A stretch of 64,000 nucleotides of DNA from contig CAZKFD010000006.1 of the NCBI GenBank assembly GCA_964551995.1, positions 2,894 to 66,893 of the forward strand. The letters run 5' to 3'. Source of the stretch: an uncultured Eubacteriales bacterium. Lineage in GTDB: Bacteria > Acidobacteriota > Aminicenantia > Aminicenantales > Saccharicenantaceae. Shown here in pieces: positions 8,351 through 17,613 of this stretch. Within the stretch, counting starts at the first letter, position 1, and each line of letters opens with the position of its first letter. Both the position numbers and the translations under genes were made by a program. The notes under the pieces are model-generated. The model was given only the letters and a program-made list of their open reading frames with translations. It was not told where the DNA came from and ran no database searches.

Positions 8351-10365
8351 TCCTCCTCGCGGACGATCCTGTCGTTTAGAAAATCGTTCCAGACGTTTTC
8401 AAACCAGCTCTCGCCCTCGGGAAGCGGCCGGACGGCAACCCATTCCTTCTTAATCTTGCCGCGCGCGTCGAGCCCGATCTCCAGGATGTTCCGGCTGACG
8501 AAATCGCCGTCGGCGGCGAGCGAGAATTTCCATCGGGGGTCGAGGCCGGGGCAGGGGAGGCAACCCTCGGCGTCCGGGACGAGGAAGGAGCCGCGGCTCC
8601 TCCCGCCGCGGTCGAGATATTCCCGGACGGCCTCGAGATAGATCGCATGCGTCAGAGCAAGGTCCAGGAGACGAAAGGCCGCGGGGAGCGCGCGGAAAGA
8701 GGAAACGCGAAGGTCGCGCCTGAGCCGTTCGACGAGGGTCCAAGCCCGCGGCGTCTCGCGGCGGACGTCCGCGGGATTCCGCACAGGCCCGCCGCAGGCC
8801 GACATCCGGTCGCGGATCTCGTCCAGCGCCTCCTCCAGGAGTCGCGGGCTGCCTCCCGCCTCGCCGGCGAGCCTTCGGGCGAGGGCGTATTTTTCCGCGA
8901 CGCGCGTCCGCGCCAGCCGGGCGAACTCGTCCGCCGGCGGGGGCCCGTCCGCATATCTTCTCGCGATGAAGCGGGCCGCCCGCAGGCTCCCGACCTGCCC
9001 GGAGTTCAGGGCCGCGCCTCCAGGCCGGCGGACTCCGTGCGTGCCGTTGGCCTCGCCGACCGGGAAGAGATGGCGGAGGCCGGATTCCCACCAGATGTTG
9101 CCCTGGAATCCGCCGTTGTTGTGCTGCGCGCAGACGGCGGCTTCGAGCGGTTCCCGGCGGAGGTCGATGCCGTGCCCGCGGAAGAGCTCGACCGCCGGGC
9201 GATTCATCTTGAAGAGGCGGGCGATGGGGGTCGGGAGCAGGGCGCCCGATTTCTCCAGATAGGCCAGCGCCTCGGGGGCCAGGAGGCCGAGATCGAAGTC
9301 CCGAAGCTTTCCGGCCCCCGACGGGTTGCAGCGGTAGTCGAGAAAGACGCGCCGTCCCCGGACGACCGTCTCCTCGTAGACAAGGATGTCGATGAGCGAC
9401 GACCCGTAGTCGAGCGCCCGGTCCGGGTCGAAGGGCCACTCGTAGCCCTTGAGGAAGATGGCCGTGGCGAGCTTCCCCATGTCGGGGAAATGATCGTTCA
9501 GGAATTCCCGCTCGCCGCCGCCGTCGCGGTCGGTCGAAAAATAGCGGGGCACGGCCTGCTGGTAGGTGCCCGAGAGGTTCCAGCGGAACTTGACGGCGGC
9601 GATCCCGTACTGTGATTCCGTGATGTTGCCGGCCACGGCCCCGGCCTCGAACGCGAGGCCGTGGGAGCCCGTTTGCCCCGCGGGATAGACCGAGTGGCGG
9701 TAGAGGCCGCCCGGCCCTCCTGTCGCCAGCACGACGTTGACGGCGTTGAAGAGGACGAAGCCCAGGTTCTTCGAGGCGAGTTTTTCGGCGTCCAGGGCGA
9801 CGGCCCCGATGACGCGCTTCCTTCGTCCCCGGCCCGCGGAGAGCAGCGCGATCACCCCGTGACGGTCGAAAACCGGAATCTTCTTTCGCTTGGCCTCCCG
9901 CTCCAGCGCCTCGACCATGAGGCGGGAAGTGAGGGGCCCGGCCGACGTGGCCCTCTGCCGCGGGTCGTTGTCGGACTTGTAGCCCACGAAGGCTCCGTAC
10001 TTGTCCTGGGGGAAGGGAACGCCCAGGCCGGCAAGGTGGAGGAAGGCCTCGACCGAGTTCTGGGCTTCGCACAGGGCGATGTCTCCGTGCATCGAGCCCC
10101 CGGCGGCGAGGTCCCGGGCCATCTCGAACGGCGAGTCGGCCCGGTCGCCGGCGAGCGAGAGTTTGTAGTACGTCTGCTTGTCGGAGCCGGAGTTACGCGA
10201 GGCCCCGCCGCCGGCACGGTCGGTGGCGATCGCGACGTCGGTTTGGCCCTCGTCATGAAGGCGGACGGCGGCATTGAGCCCGGCCGCTCCGCTGCCGATG
10301 ACGAGCGTGTTCAGGGAATAGACGGGGTACGATACCCCGCCGACACGCACCCGCGTTTTCTTCAT
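8347..10365 (-). CDS. FAD-dependent oxidoreductase (fumarate reductase / L-aspartate oxidase-like flavoprotein fold)
   Basis: N-terminal GxGxxG (LVIGSGAAGLNAAVRL) and the ATGG/ANGTHG-type FAD contacts of this fold. I place the start at ATG 10365, which forms an ATGA overlap with the upstream stop, rather than at 10479. Confidence 0.75.
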   Translation of the reverse strand: MKKTRVRVGGVSYPVYSLNTLVIGSGAAGLNAAVRLHDEGQTDVAIATDRAGGGASRNSGSDKQTYYKLSLAGDRADSPFEMARDLAAGGSMHGDIALCEAQNSVEAFLHLAGLGVPFPQDKYGAFVGYKSDNDPRQRATSAGPLTSRLMVEALEREAKRKKIPVFDRHGVIALLSAGRGRRKRVIGAVALDAEKLASKNLGFVLFNAVNVVLATGGPGGLYRHSVYPAGQTGSHGLAFEAGAVAGNITESQYGIAAVKFRWNLSGTYQQAVPRYFSTDRDGGGEREFLNDHFPDMGKLATAIFLKGYEWPFDPDRALDYGSSLIDILVYEETVVRGRRVFLDYRCNPSGAGKLRDFDLGLLAPEALAYLEKSGALLPTPIARLFKMNRPAVELFRGHGIDLRREPLEAAVCAQHNNGGFQGNIWWESGLRHLFPVGEANGTHGVRRPGGAALNSGQVGSLRAARFIARRYADGPPPADEFARLARTRVAEKYALARRLAGEAGGSPRLLEEALDEIRDRMSACGGPVRNPADVRRETPRAWTLVERLRRDLRVSSFRALPAAFRLLDLALTHAIYLEAVREYLDRGGRSRGSFLVPDAEGCLPCPGLDPRWKFSLAADGDFVSRNILEIGLDARGKIKKEWVAVRPLPEGESWFENVWNDFLNDRIVREEE

Positions 10366-11708
10366 CGCCGCGGCGGCCCTTCTTGGAGATCGGCCCCGCG
10401 GTACTCCGGGTCCCTGACGACGCACCCGACGGGTCTTTGCTGGCGGAGAAGATGCGAACAGAGCGAGCACGTCGTGCACACCTTGCGGGAGATGAGCCGG
10501 CCCTTATTCTCCAGGTCCCGCGGGTAATCGGGATAGGCCAGGGCGCCTCGGCCCAGGCCGATGATCGAGGTCCGGCGGCCGCGGACCATGGCCGCGCCGA
10601 CGTTCGGAAAGAAGCCGCGCAGCCAGGAATAGCCGGCGCCGACGACGGCCATTCCGGGCGACGCCCTCTGGATCTCGGCGGCGAAGGTCAGGTGCCGGGC
10701 CACGCCCTCGAGCGGGTGCTCGTCGGGGACGGCGCCGCCGGGGACGGGCTTGTCGAAGGGCCGGCCGAAATGGGACTTCCAGGCCGGGATTCCCATAGAC
10801 AGGGCGAGAATCCGCACGCCTTCCTGCCCGAGCCTGAAGACCAGCTCCTTCGGCTCCTTGAGGTTCGGCCTGTTCCGCCTGTTCGGGTCCATGCCGAAGC
10901 CGTAGGGAAAGGGGACGATGTCGGCGACGCTGAGGCGGCTCGTCACGAGGAGGCGCGGGACCTCCTCCCGGATCCGGCGGACCGTTTCGAGAAGAAAGCG
11001 CGTCCTGTTCTCGAACGAGCCCCCGTAGCGGCTTCCCGTCCTGGTAAACGCGGCCAGCAGCTCCGAGACGAGGTAGCCGTGGCAGGCCTTGATGTCCACG
11101 CCGTCGAAGCCGGCCGCGGAGGCGAGGTCGGCGGCGTTGACGAAATCGTCCTGAATGGCCTCGAGCGCTTCGTCGGAGAGGAGCGACGTCTCGGCTCCGA
11201 GCCCGTGGAGGGGGTCGAGGACGGGGCTGTGGTGCACGATCTGCGGCTCGGGCTTCCCCCCGGGCTTGGCGAAGCGGCCGGAGTGGGTGAGCTGGAGGAT
11301 GAGGAGGAGCTCCCGGCCTTCGCCCCGTTCTCGGGCCGCAGCCGACCGTACCCGTGCGGCGAGCTGCCGGAAGGCGGCCTCGGTCTCGTCCGTGAGCATG
11401 AGCTGGTGGGGGTTCGAGCGCCCGTCGGGCCGGACGGCGGTTGCTTCGACCCAGACGGCGCCGCTGCCCCCGGCCGCGTATCTTTCGTAGCGCCGGAACG
11501 TCCATTCCGTCGGCGACCCGTCCGGGGACGCGTCGGCCGCCTCCATCGGCAGGACGGCGAACCGATTTCGGAGCCGGCGGCCGGCGACGGAAACCGGTTC
11601 GAGCAGGACGGCGGGGTCGTCGGCGAACGGGATGTCGAGGCCGAGCTCGCGGACCTTCCCGAGGAGCTCGTCCGCATCGCGGAAGGCGAACCTCTCGTGG
11701 GCGGCCAT
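10362..11708 (-). CDS. Old Yellow Enzyme-family NADH:flavin oxidoreductase with a C-terminal Cys cluster
   Basis: TIM-barrel OYE signatures (LQLTHSGRF, DIKACHGYLVSELL). C-terminal CxxCxxC...C motif (CTTCSLCSHLL...VGC), like the Fe-S site of dienoyl-CoA-reductase-type OYEs. Confidence 0.8.
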   Translation of the reverse strand: MAAHERFAFRDADELLGKVRELGLDIPFADDPAVLLEPVSVAGRRLRNRFAVLPMEAADASPDGSPTEWTFRRYERYAAGGSGAVWVEATAVRPDGRSNPHQLMLTDETEAAFRQLAARVRSAAARERGEGRELLLILQLTHSGRFAKPGGKPEPQIVHHSPVLDPLHGLGAETSLLSDEALEAIQDDFVNAADLASAAGFDGVDIKACHGYLVSELLAAFTRTGSRYGGSFENRTRFLLETVRRIREEVPRLLVTSRLSVADIVPFPYGFGMDPNRRNRPNLKEPKELVFRLGQEGVRILALSMGIPAWKSHFGRPFDKPVPGGAVPDEHPLEGVARHLTFAAEIQRASPGMAVVGAGYSWLRGFFPNVGAAMVRGRRTSIIGLGRGALAYPDYPRDLENKGRLISRKVCTTCSLCSHLLRQQRPVGCVVRDPEYRGADLQEGPPRR

Positions 11709-11712
11709 AGGG

Positions 11713-12708
11713 CTATTTCACCCCCTGGGCGACGATCCTCCGGACGGCCCGGAGGCCGCGCTGGACGCGCCGCTCGCAGATCTCCGGCCAGCGGTCCCGG
11801 GCCACGGCGGCGAGCTTCTTTTCATCCTTCAGGGCGCGGCTCTTCGCGGCGAGGCCGAGGAGCCGGGCCAACTCGGCCACCGTGACATCCGGGAACCGCA
11901 GCAGGAATTCGGGGTCAAAGACGGGGAGCAGGAAGTCGCCGGCGTGGTCCTCGAGGGAGAGGTTGACCGTTCGGGGGACGGTCGAGAGCCTCTCGAAGAT
12001 CGCGGCGAAATCGACGACTCCGGCCCCCGCCTCGGCCGTGAAGGACACGAATCCCTCCGGCGTGAGCAGGAGGCCGCCGTCTTTGATGTGGGTCGTCACG
12101 ACCCAGGGCAGGAGCCGCTCGGCGGCGCTCGCGGGGTCTTCGAGCATGGTCAGGAGGTTCATGGTGTCGAGGCAGATGCCGACGGTCTCGCCGGGGCTCG
12201 CGCCGCACATGTCGAAGAGGCGGAGGAGCTCGAAGGACGTGAACTCGACGTGGGTCTCGATGGCCAGGGCGACGCCCGAGTCCCTGAGCATCGGGCGCTG
12301 TTCCCGCAGGCTCGCGGCGGCGAGCCTGAGGAGTTCCTCCGTCGCAGGAGAGTCCTTCTTCCAGCGCATCAGACCGCCCGAACAGGACCGCACGGTGTGG
12401 ACGCCCAGGATGCGGGCCTCGGCCGCGGCCCTCCTGTTGACGCTGACGATGTCCTTCTTCTTGCCCGTGGCCAGGTCGAGCGGGATGTGCTGGCCTCCGC
12501 CCCACTCGACGTACAGCCCGTTTTCCGAAGCGTAGCTCCTGAGGTCCTCCAGCATGGCCTTGTCGGGCGGGGAGGAGGCAGGCGGGGCGCCTTCGGAGAA
12601 CTGGACGCCGTCGGCCCCGTTGATAATCGCCCACTCCAGGAGCTCGAAGGGAGAAAGGTCGAGGGGCTTGAGGCTGTAGCTGTCGACCCCGACCTTGAAG
12701 GGCTTCAT
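11713..12708 (-). CDS. Sugar phosphate isomerase/epimerase (xylose-isomerase-like TIM barrel)
   Basis: Start at ATG 12708 (MKPFKVGVDSYSL) is preceded by GGGAGG. Family-typical blocks are present (LAIETH, ICLDTMN, HIKD). The 547-aa listed ORF extension runs antisense through the corrinoid gene and is rejected. Confidence 0.75.
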   Translation of the reverse strand: MKPFKVGVDSYSLKPLDLSPFELLEWAIINGADGVQFSEGAPPASSPPDKAMLEDLRSYASENGLYVEWGGGQHIPLDLATGKKKDIVSVNRRAAAEARILGVHTVRSCSGGLMRWKKDSPATEELLRLAAASLREQRPMLRDSGVALAIETHVEFTSFELLRLFDMCGASPGETVGICLDTMNLLTMLEDPASAAERLLPWVVTTHIKDGGLLLTPEGFVSFTAEAGAGVVDFAAIFERLSTVPRTVNLSLEDHAGDFLLPVFDPEFLLRFPDVTVAELARLLGLAAKSRALKDEKKLAAVARDRWPEICERRVQRGLRAVRRIVAQGVK

Positions 12709-12853
12709 TTCGGCCTCCCGGTCCGCGCCCTCATCATAACAGAATCCCGAGACCGTCCACAAGGAACTCGCGCCGGCCACCCCGAATTCTTGACAAGCGA
12801 CGGCGAATTGTTGTGAGATAGGGCGAACCCAGGAGCGTGCGAGGAGAGGCGAG

Positions 12854-13477
12854 ATGCTCAATGAGATGCAGGAAGCGCTCATCGCGGGGAAGAAGGCCGA
12901 CGTCGAAGCCCTGGTCGGGCGGGCCCTCGACTCCGGGCTCGCGGCGGCCAAAATCCTCAACGAAGGCCTGATCCCGGGCATGGAGCGGCTGGGCGAGATG
13001 TTCAAGAACAACGAGGTCTTCATCCCCGAAGTTCTCGTCGCCGCCCGGGCCATGAACGCCGGCCTGGCCAAGCTCGAGCCGTTCCTGATCAAGGACAAGG
13101 TCCAGCCCAAGGGTGTCGTCGTCATCGGGACGGTCAAGGGGGACCTGCACGACATCGGGAAGAACCTCGTGGCCATGATGCTCCGCGGCAACGGATACAA
13201 GATCGTCGATATGGGCATCGACGTGTCTCCGGAAAAATTCGTCGAGGCGGCGCGGACGAACGGCGCCAGCATCGTGGCCTGCTCGGCGCTGCTGACGACG
13301 ACCATGGTCCAAATGAAAAATGTCGTCGCCGCCATGGGGCAGTCGGGGCTCAACATCCCGGTCGTGATCGGCGGAGCGCCCGTGACAAAGGAATACGCCG
13401 ACCAAATCGGGGCCGGAGGCTACGCGCCGGACGCAGCCAGTGCGGTCGAAGAAGTCGGCCGGCTCCTGGGCCTCTGA
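12854..13477 (+). CDS. Cobalamin-binding corrinoid protein (methyltransferase cognate corrinoid protein, MtaC/MtbC-like)
   Basis: B12-binding DxHxxG motif (GDLHDIGKNLV), SxL (SALLTTT), GG (VIGGAP) and the N-terminal four-helix cap. ~207 aa. Confidence 0.9.
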   Translation: MLNEMQEALIAGKKADVEALVGRALDSGLAAAKILNEGLIPGMERLGEMFKNNEVFIPEVLVAARAMNAGLAKLEPFLIKDKVQPKGVVVIGTVKGDLHDIGKNLVAMMLRGNGYKIVDMGIDVSPEKFVEAARTNGASIVACSALLTTTMVQMKNVVAAMGQSGLNIPVVIGGAPVTKEYADQIGAGGYAPDAASAVEEVGRLLGL

Positions 13478-13525
13478 GGCCCGCCGCCCCGGCGGCCCGA
13501 ACACTTGGGGGGCCCGAACGTAGAC

Positions 13526-14530
13526 ATGACGCCCCGCGAGCTCGTCATCAGCTCCTTGGAGTTCCGGTCTCCCCCGCGGGTCCCTCGCCAGCTCTGGCTC
13601 CTTCCCTGGGCGGAGCTGACGTATCCGCGCGAGCTGGCGGACATCCGCAGGAGATATCCCGACGACATCGTCAAGTGTCCCCCTTTCCTGAGGAAGCCCC
13701 TCAGGACCGTCGGCGAAGAATACGGCGTCGGGCTTTTCGTCGACGAGTGGGGCTGCCGCTTCGAGAACAGGCAGTGGGGCGTCATCGGCGAGGTCAAGGA
13801 CCCTGTCCTCAGGGACTGGCAGGACTTGGATAGCCTGCGCCTGCCCGAAGAGCGCCTGAGCGTCGACCCGGACCGCGTCGACGAGTTTTGCGCCTCGACG
13901 GATGTTTTCGTCCATTCCTGGGCCTCCGTCAACCCCTTCGAGCGGCTCCAGTTCATCCGCGGCCCCGAGAACCTGTACGTCGACCTGGCCGAACGGTCCG
14001 ACGGGCTCTTCCGGCTCCTCGGACTGCTGCACGCGTTCTTCAAGGAGGAGCTCGAGCTCTGGGCGTCGACGGACGTGGACGCCCTTTTCTTCGCAGACGA
14101 TTGGGGGAGCCAGAAATCGCTTCTCGTCTCGCCGGGCCTCTGGCGCGAGGTTTTCAAGCCGCTCTATCGCGAGTATGTCGAGATCGCCCACCGCAAAGGG
14201 AAATACGCCTTCATGCACAGCGACGGCTACATCATGGACATCTACCCCGACCTCGTCGAGATCGGGGTCGACGCCGTCAATTCCCAGATCTTCTGCATGG
14301 ACGTGGCGGAGATCGGCCGCCGCTTCGCCGGACGGCTCACGTTCTGGGGGGAGGTCGACCGGCAGCAGCTGCTGCCCTATGGGACGCCCGCGCAAGTCGC
14401 GGCCGCGGTCCGGACGGCCGGAGGGGCCCTGTGGAGGAGGGGAGGCGCCATCGCCCAGTGCGAGTTCGGCATCGGGGCCCGGCCGGAGAACGTGGCTGCG
14501 GTTTTTGAGGCGTGGAATAATATTGTATAA
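13526..14530 (+). CDS. Uroporphyrinogen-decarboxylase (UroD/MtaA) family methyltransferase-like protein
   Basis: UroD-fold size and block order (RVPRQLW near the N-terminus, FADDWGSQ, HSDGYI). Sits immediately downstream of the corrinoid protein. ATG 13526 is preferred over the listed TTG 13505. Confidence 0.75.
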   Translation: MTPRELVISSLEFRSPPRVPRQLWLLPWAELTYPRELADIRRRYPDDIVKCPPFLRKPLRTVGEEYGVGLFVDEWGCRFENRQWGVIGEVKDPVLRDWQDLDSLRLPEERLSVDPDRVDEFCASTDVFVHSWASVNPFERLQFIRGPENLYVDLAERSDGLFRLLGLLHAFFKEELELWASTDVDALFFADDWGSQKSLLVSPGLWREVFKPLYREYVEIAHRKGKYAFMHSDGYIMDIYPDLVEIGVDAVNSQIFCMDVAEIGRRFAGRLTFWGEVDRQQLLPYGTPAQVAAAVRTAGGALWRRGGAIAQCEFGIGARPENVAAVFEAWNNIV

Positions 14531-14604
14531 TATTCGTCTAAAGGCAAGAAGGAGATTGCGCGGATGCCATCGAAAACGCCGCGATGTGACACCAGGAGGT
14601 GGCT

Positions 14605-15453
14605 ATGACACGGAAACTGATCGCGCTTCCCGTCATCCTGGCGATGGTCGGGGTCCTCGCGGCCCCCGGCTGGGCCAAGGAAACGACCATCGACAGCCGG
14701 TGGGCCCCCGTGCCCATCCGGGTCGACGGAAACGACCAGGACTGGCAGAATGTAACTCTTCTGACCGACGAGGAGTCCGGGGCGCAATACGCCCTCGAGA
14801 ACGACGGCCGTAACCTTTACATCCTCTTCATCTTCCGGGATGTCATGTCGGCGTCCACGATCGACTACACGGGGATGAAGATCTTCTTCGACACCGCAGG
14901 CCGGAAGAGCAAGGACCTCGGGATCTCTTTCACGAGGAGAGACGTTAAGCCCGACGAGCTCATCGCCGCACTCGAGAAGAAGGGAGAGGTCCTGACCGAC
15001 GAGAGGAAGGCCGAAATCCGGAAGCAGAGATCCTATCATCTCTTTGAAGCCGGCGTCATCAACAAGAAGAAGGTCCCGGCCCCGACGGACCCGGCCTTCA
15101 AGAATGAGCCGCCCATGTATGCGGCGGGCGTCCAGCACCAGGCGCGCGTCTACGAGTTCCGCATTCCCCTCAGCCGCGTCAACGAGGCCGGCGGGATCGG
15201 CTCCGAGCCCGGCAAGACCATCAAGCTCGGCTTCGAGTGGGGCGGTCTGACCTCTCAGGCCATGAGGGCCATGATGGCCGACGAGTCCGCTGGGGGAGGC
15301 GGAGCCCGGCAAGATCTCGGCATATCCGGCTCCATAAGTCCCGAAATGGCGACCGCCGGCGGTATCGGCGGCAGCGCCGATTTGCAGCGCGATCCCCGGA
15401 CGCGCCTCCATTCCTTCTGGATCGACGTCAAGCTGGCCGCCAACGGGTCCTGA
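14605..15453 (+). CDS. Secreted protein of unknown function
   Basis: AGGAGG lies 5 nt upstream of ATG 14605. Signal peptide (MTRKLIALPVILAMVGVLAAPGWA). A VDGNDQDW segment is reminiscent of CBM9/DOMON-like modules, but this is tentative. Confidence 0.5.
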   Translation: MTRKLIALPVILAMVGVLAAPGWAKETTIDSRWAPVPIRVDGNDQDWQNVTLLTDEESGAQYALENDGRNLYILFIFRDVMSASTIDYTGMKIFFDTAGRKSKDLGISFTRRDVKPDELIAALEKKGEVLTDERKAEIRKQRSYHLFEAGVINKKKVPAPTDPAFKNEPPMYAAGVQHQARVYEFRIPLSRVNEAGGIGSEPGKTIKLGFEWGGLTSQAMRAMMADESAGGGGARQDLGISGSISPEMATAGGIGGSADLQRDPRTRLHSFWIDVKLAANGS

Positions 15454-15513
15454 TCTTCGCCCTATTGAAGGTTCGGCGGTTTCCCGGGAGACCAGGAAAA
15501 TAAGGAGGGTATC

Positions 15514-16059
15514 ATGCCGCGCCGCATCCCCGATGCCCTGACCGTCATCCGCTCCCGGAGGAGCGTCCGTGAATTCACCGGGGAGCCGGTGTCCCGCAAG
15601 GACCTCGAGACGATCCTCCGGGCGGCCATGGCCGCGCCGTCCGCGGTCAACTGCCAGCCCTGGGCGTTCGTCGTCGTCACCGAAAAAGCGGCCCTGAACG
15701 CGCTGGCCGACGGCCTGCCTTACGCCCAGATGCTGCGGCGGGCCGGGGCCGGCATCGTGGTCTGTGCCGTTGTGGAGAAGGCCTTCAACAAGATGGCCGA
15801 GTTCGCCCTCATCGACAGCTCCCTGGCCGCCGGGAACATCCTCTTGGCCGTCGAAGCCCTGGGCCTCGGCGGGGTCTGGACGGCGGCCTATCCCGACATG
15901 GGCAAGGCCGCCTTCGTCCGTGAGGCCCTGCACATCCCGACGGACGTGATCCCGCTGGCCGTCATCCCCATCGGCCATCCGGCCGGGTCCGACGCGCCTA
16001 AGGACAAGTTCAAGGCGGAGAACATCCACTGGGAGCGCTGGAGCACGCGCGCCCTATAG
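15514..16059 (+). CDS. Nitroreductase family protein
   Basis: RRSVREF motif near the N-terminus, SAVNCQPW, ~180 aa. AAGGAGG lies upstream. Confidence 0.85.
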   Translation: MPRRIPDALTVIRSRRSVREFTGEPVSRKDLETILRAAMAAPSAVNCQPWAFVVVTEKAALNALADGLPYAQMLRRAGAGIVVCAVVEKAFNKMAEFALIDSSLAAGNILLAVEALGLGGVWTAAYPDMGKAAFVREALHIPTDVIPLAVIPIGHPAGSDAPKDKFKAENIHWERWSTRAL

Positions 16060-16971
16060 CGGCCGGGCCGCAAGGAAGGCCCCGAGGAAAGCCAGCACGA
16101 CGGCGGCGGCCTTCCCCAGGCTCAGCTGTTCTTTCAGGAAGAAAGCCGCGAGGACGACGATAAAGATCGTGTTCAGCTGATTGAGGGCCGCCGCGACCGA
16201 GGCTTGGGCGAACTTCATGCCGCCCATCCAGAGGATCAGGGACAGATAGGAACCGAAAAACGAGGCGGGGACCATCGCCTTCCAGTTGGCCATCCGGAGC
16301 AGGGGTTCGAGGATGGCTCGGCGTCCGGGCAGGAGGGGGACCACCACGAGGAGCGGGACGGCGCCGCCGACGAGGCGGATGAGCGTCGCCGAGATCACCG
16401 ATTCCTCCGCCAGGACGGGCTTGGCGATGACGATCCCGACGGCGACGAAGAACATCGAGAGCACGCCGTAGACGAGCCCGAGAACGAGGTCGCTACCCTC
16501 GATCCGCGGGCCGTCGTGGTCGGACCGGGAGGCTCCCAGGACGCCGAAGATGATCAGGGCAACGCCCGTCAGCTGCCAGGCCGCCATGTGCTCGCCCAGA
16601 AGGATGGTGGACAGGGCGATGACGAAGGGGCTGTACATGCAGTCGACGACGGCGACGAGGCTCGCCCCCAGCCTGTTGAGGCTGTAGAAGAAGAGCGTGT
16701 CGGAGACGGCGATCCCGAGGAAGCCGCTGAGCAGGAGGATCCAGAGGGAGTGCGATGAGATGCCCGGGCGCAGCGGCTCGCCGAGGATGACGATGGTCGG
16801 GACCGTGAAGCCCAGCGCGAGGACATTTTTGAAGAGGTTGAGGCCGAGGGGATGGACCGTCCGGCCGCTGATCCTGTAAAGGATGACGGCCACCGCCCAG
16901 ACGACGCCCGAAGAGACCGCCAGGACTTCGCCGAGCGAGTGGAAGCTGCGGAGCGAATCGAAGAACGCCAT
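16054..16971 (-). CDS. DMT-superfamily (EamA-type) transporter
   Basis: ~10 predicted TM helices arranged as two similar halves. 305 aa. Confidence 0.8.
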   Translation of the reverse strand: MAFFDSLRSFHSLGEVLAVSSGVVWAVAVILYRISGRTVHPLGLNLFKNVLALGFTVPTIVILGEPLRPGISSHSLWILLLSGFLGIAVSDTLFFYSLNRLGASLVAVVDCMYSPFVIALSTILLGEHMAAWQLTGVALIIFGVLGASRSDHDGPRIEGSDLVLGLVYGVLSMFFVAVGIVIAKPVLAEESVISATLIRLVGGAVPLLVVVPLLPGRRAILEPLLRMANWKAMVPASFFGSYLSLILWMGGMKFAQASVAAALNQLNTIFIVVLAAFFLKEQLSLGKAAAVVLAFLGAFLAARPL

Positions 16972-17459
16972 TGCGGATCTTGTCTCCTCGAGGGCCGGAC
17001 GAAAAACGAGTTCCCTTTATACCAGAGAAACCGCCCTGGGTCAAAACCCCAGAATTTCCTCCGCCACCCGCGCTCCTCGCACGGCCGCCTTCTCAGGGAA
17101 GGGCAGAAACATCCGGTTTATATCAACGAACTTTGGAATATAATTTCGATGGTTCCCCGCCATAAGGAGCTCGAGGACTTTCTGGTACGAAAGATCGGCC
17201 GGGATCTTGAGATTGCCGATCATCCGAAACGCGGTCTCCGGCTTCGGGATTCCTCTCGCCGGGGAACAGGAAGCCTGCCTTTATTGACCGCCGCGGGACG
17301 GGCGTGCTATAAACGGGGCTGATCGCGACGCGATGAATCGAACGAAGAGCTCCTCCATGAAAAAATCCCGCGTCCTGATCCTGGCGGCCGTGGCCGCTTA
17401 CTGGAAGCTCGCCGGGGAGATCTGGGTCAGGTATTCGGGCAATTTTTGATTATAATTAT

Positions 17460-17591
17460 GGGGACACAATACTCATTTCCGAATTTCCTCCTGCCAGGCG
17501 CCTCTGCGCCAGCCATCCTTCTCAGTCGTTTCTCGTCGGACGCAGGAGCGTGCCTCGGCGCAAGAAATCGGGAAAAGAGTATTGTGTCCCC
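17460..17591. repeat. MITE-like inverted-repeat element, copy A (132 bp)
   Basis: Left end GGGGACACAATACTCATTTCCGAATTTC (17460-17487). Reverse complement of the right end (17564-17591) is GGGGACACAATACTCTTTTCCCGATTTC. Ends 22 nt upstream of the symporter start codon. Confidence 0.8.
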
Positions 17592-17613
17592 AAATTAGCG
17601 CAAATTAGCGATC

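Noticed and set aside
8450-10072. 540-aa minus-strand ORF (plus 8647..9615 and 9661..10527 on the plus strand) overlapping the FAD flavoprotein gene
   Set aside because: These are alternative-frame or antisense readings of a GC-rich gene. Their composition is extreme (R/P/G >40 percent by eye). The in-frame FAD protein has recognisable motifs, whereas these ORFs have none.
12734-14395. 553-aa ORF antisense to the corrinoid protein and UroD-family genes
   Set aside because: The opposite strand encodes two proteins with clear family signatures (DxHxxG and others). The antisense translation is low-complexity, R/E/D/P-rich sequence.
14377-16029. 550-aa ORF antisense to the secreted protein and nitroreductase genes
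   Set aside because: Same reasoning: it spans two well-supported plus-strand genes and their intergenic SD region, and no motif is present.
17041-17223. 60-aa minus-strand ORF and a 38-aa plus-strand ORF (17333-17449, MNRTKSSSMKKSRVLILAAVAAYWKLAGEIWVRYSGNF) upstream of the symporter
   Set aside because: Small accessory subunits of SSS transporters do exist. However, neither ORF has a recognisable family motif or a strong SD, so they are left unannotated.
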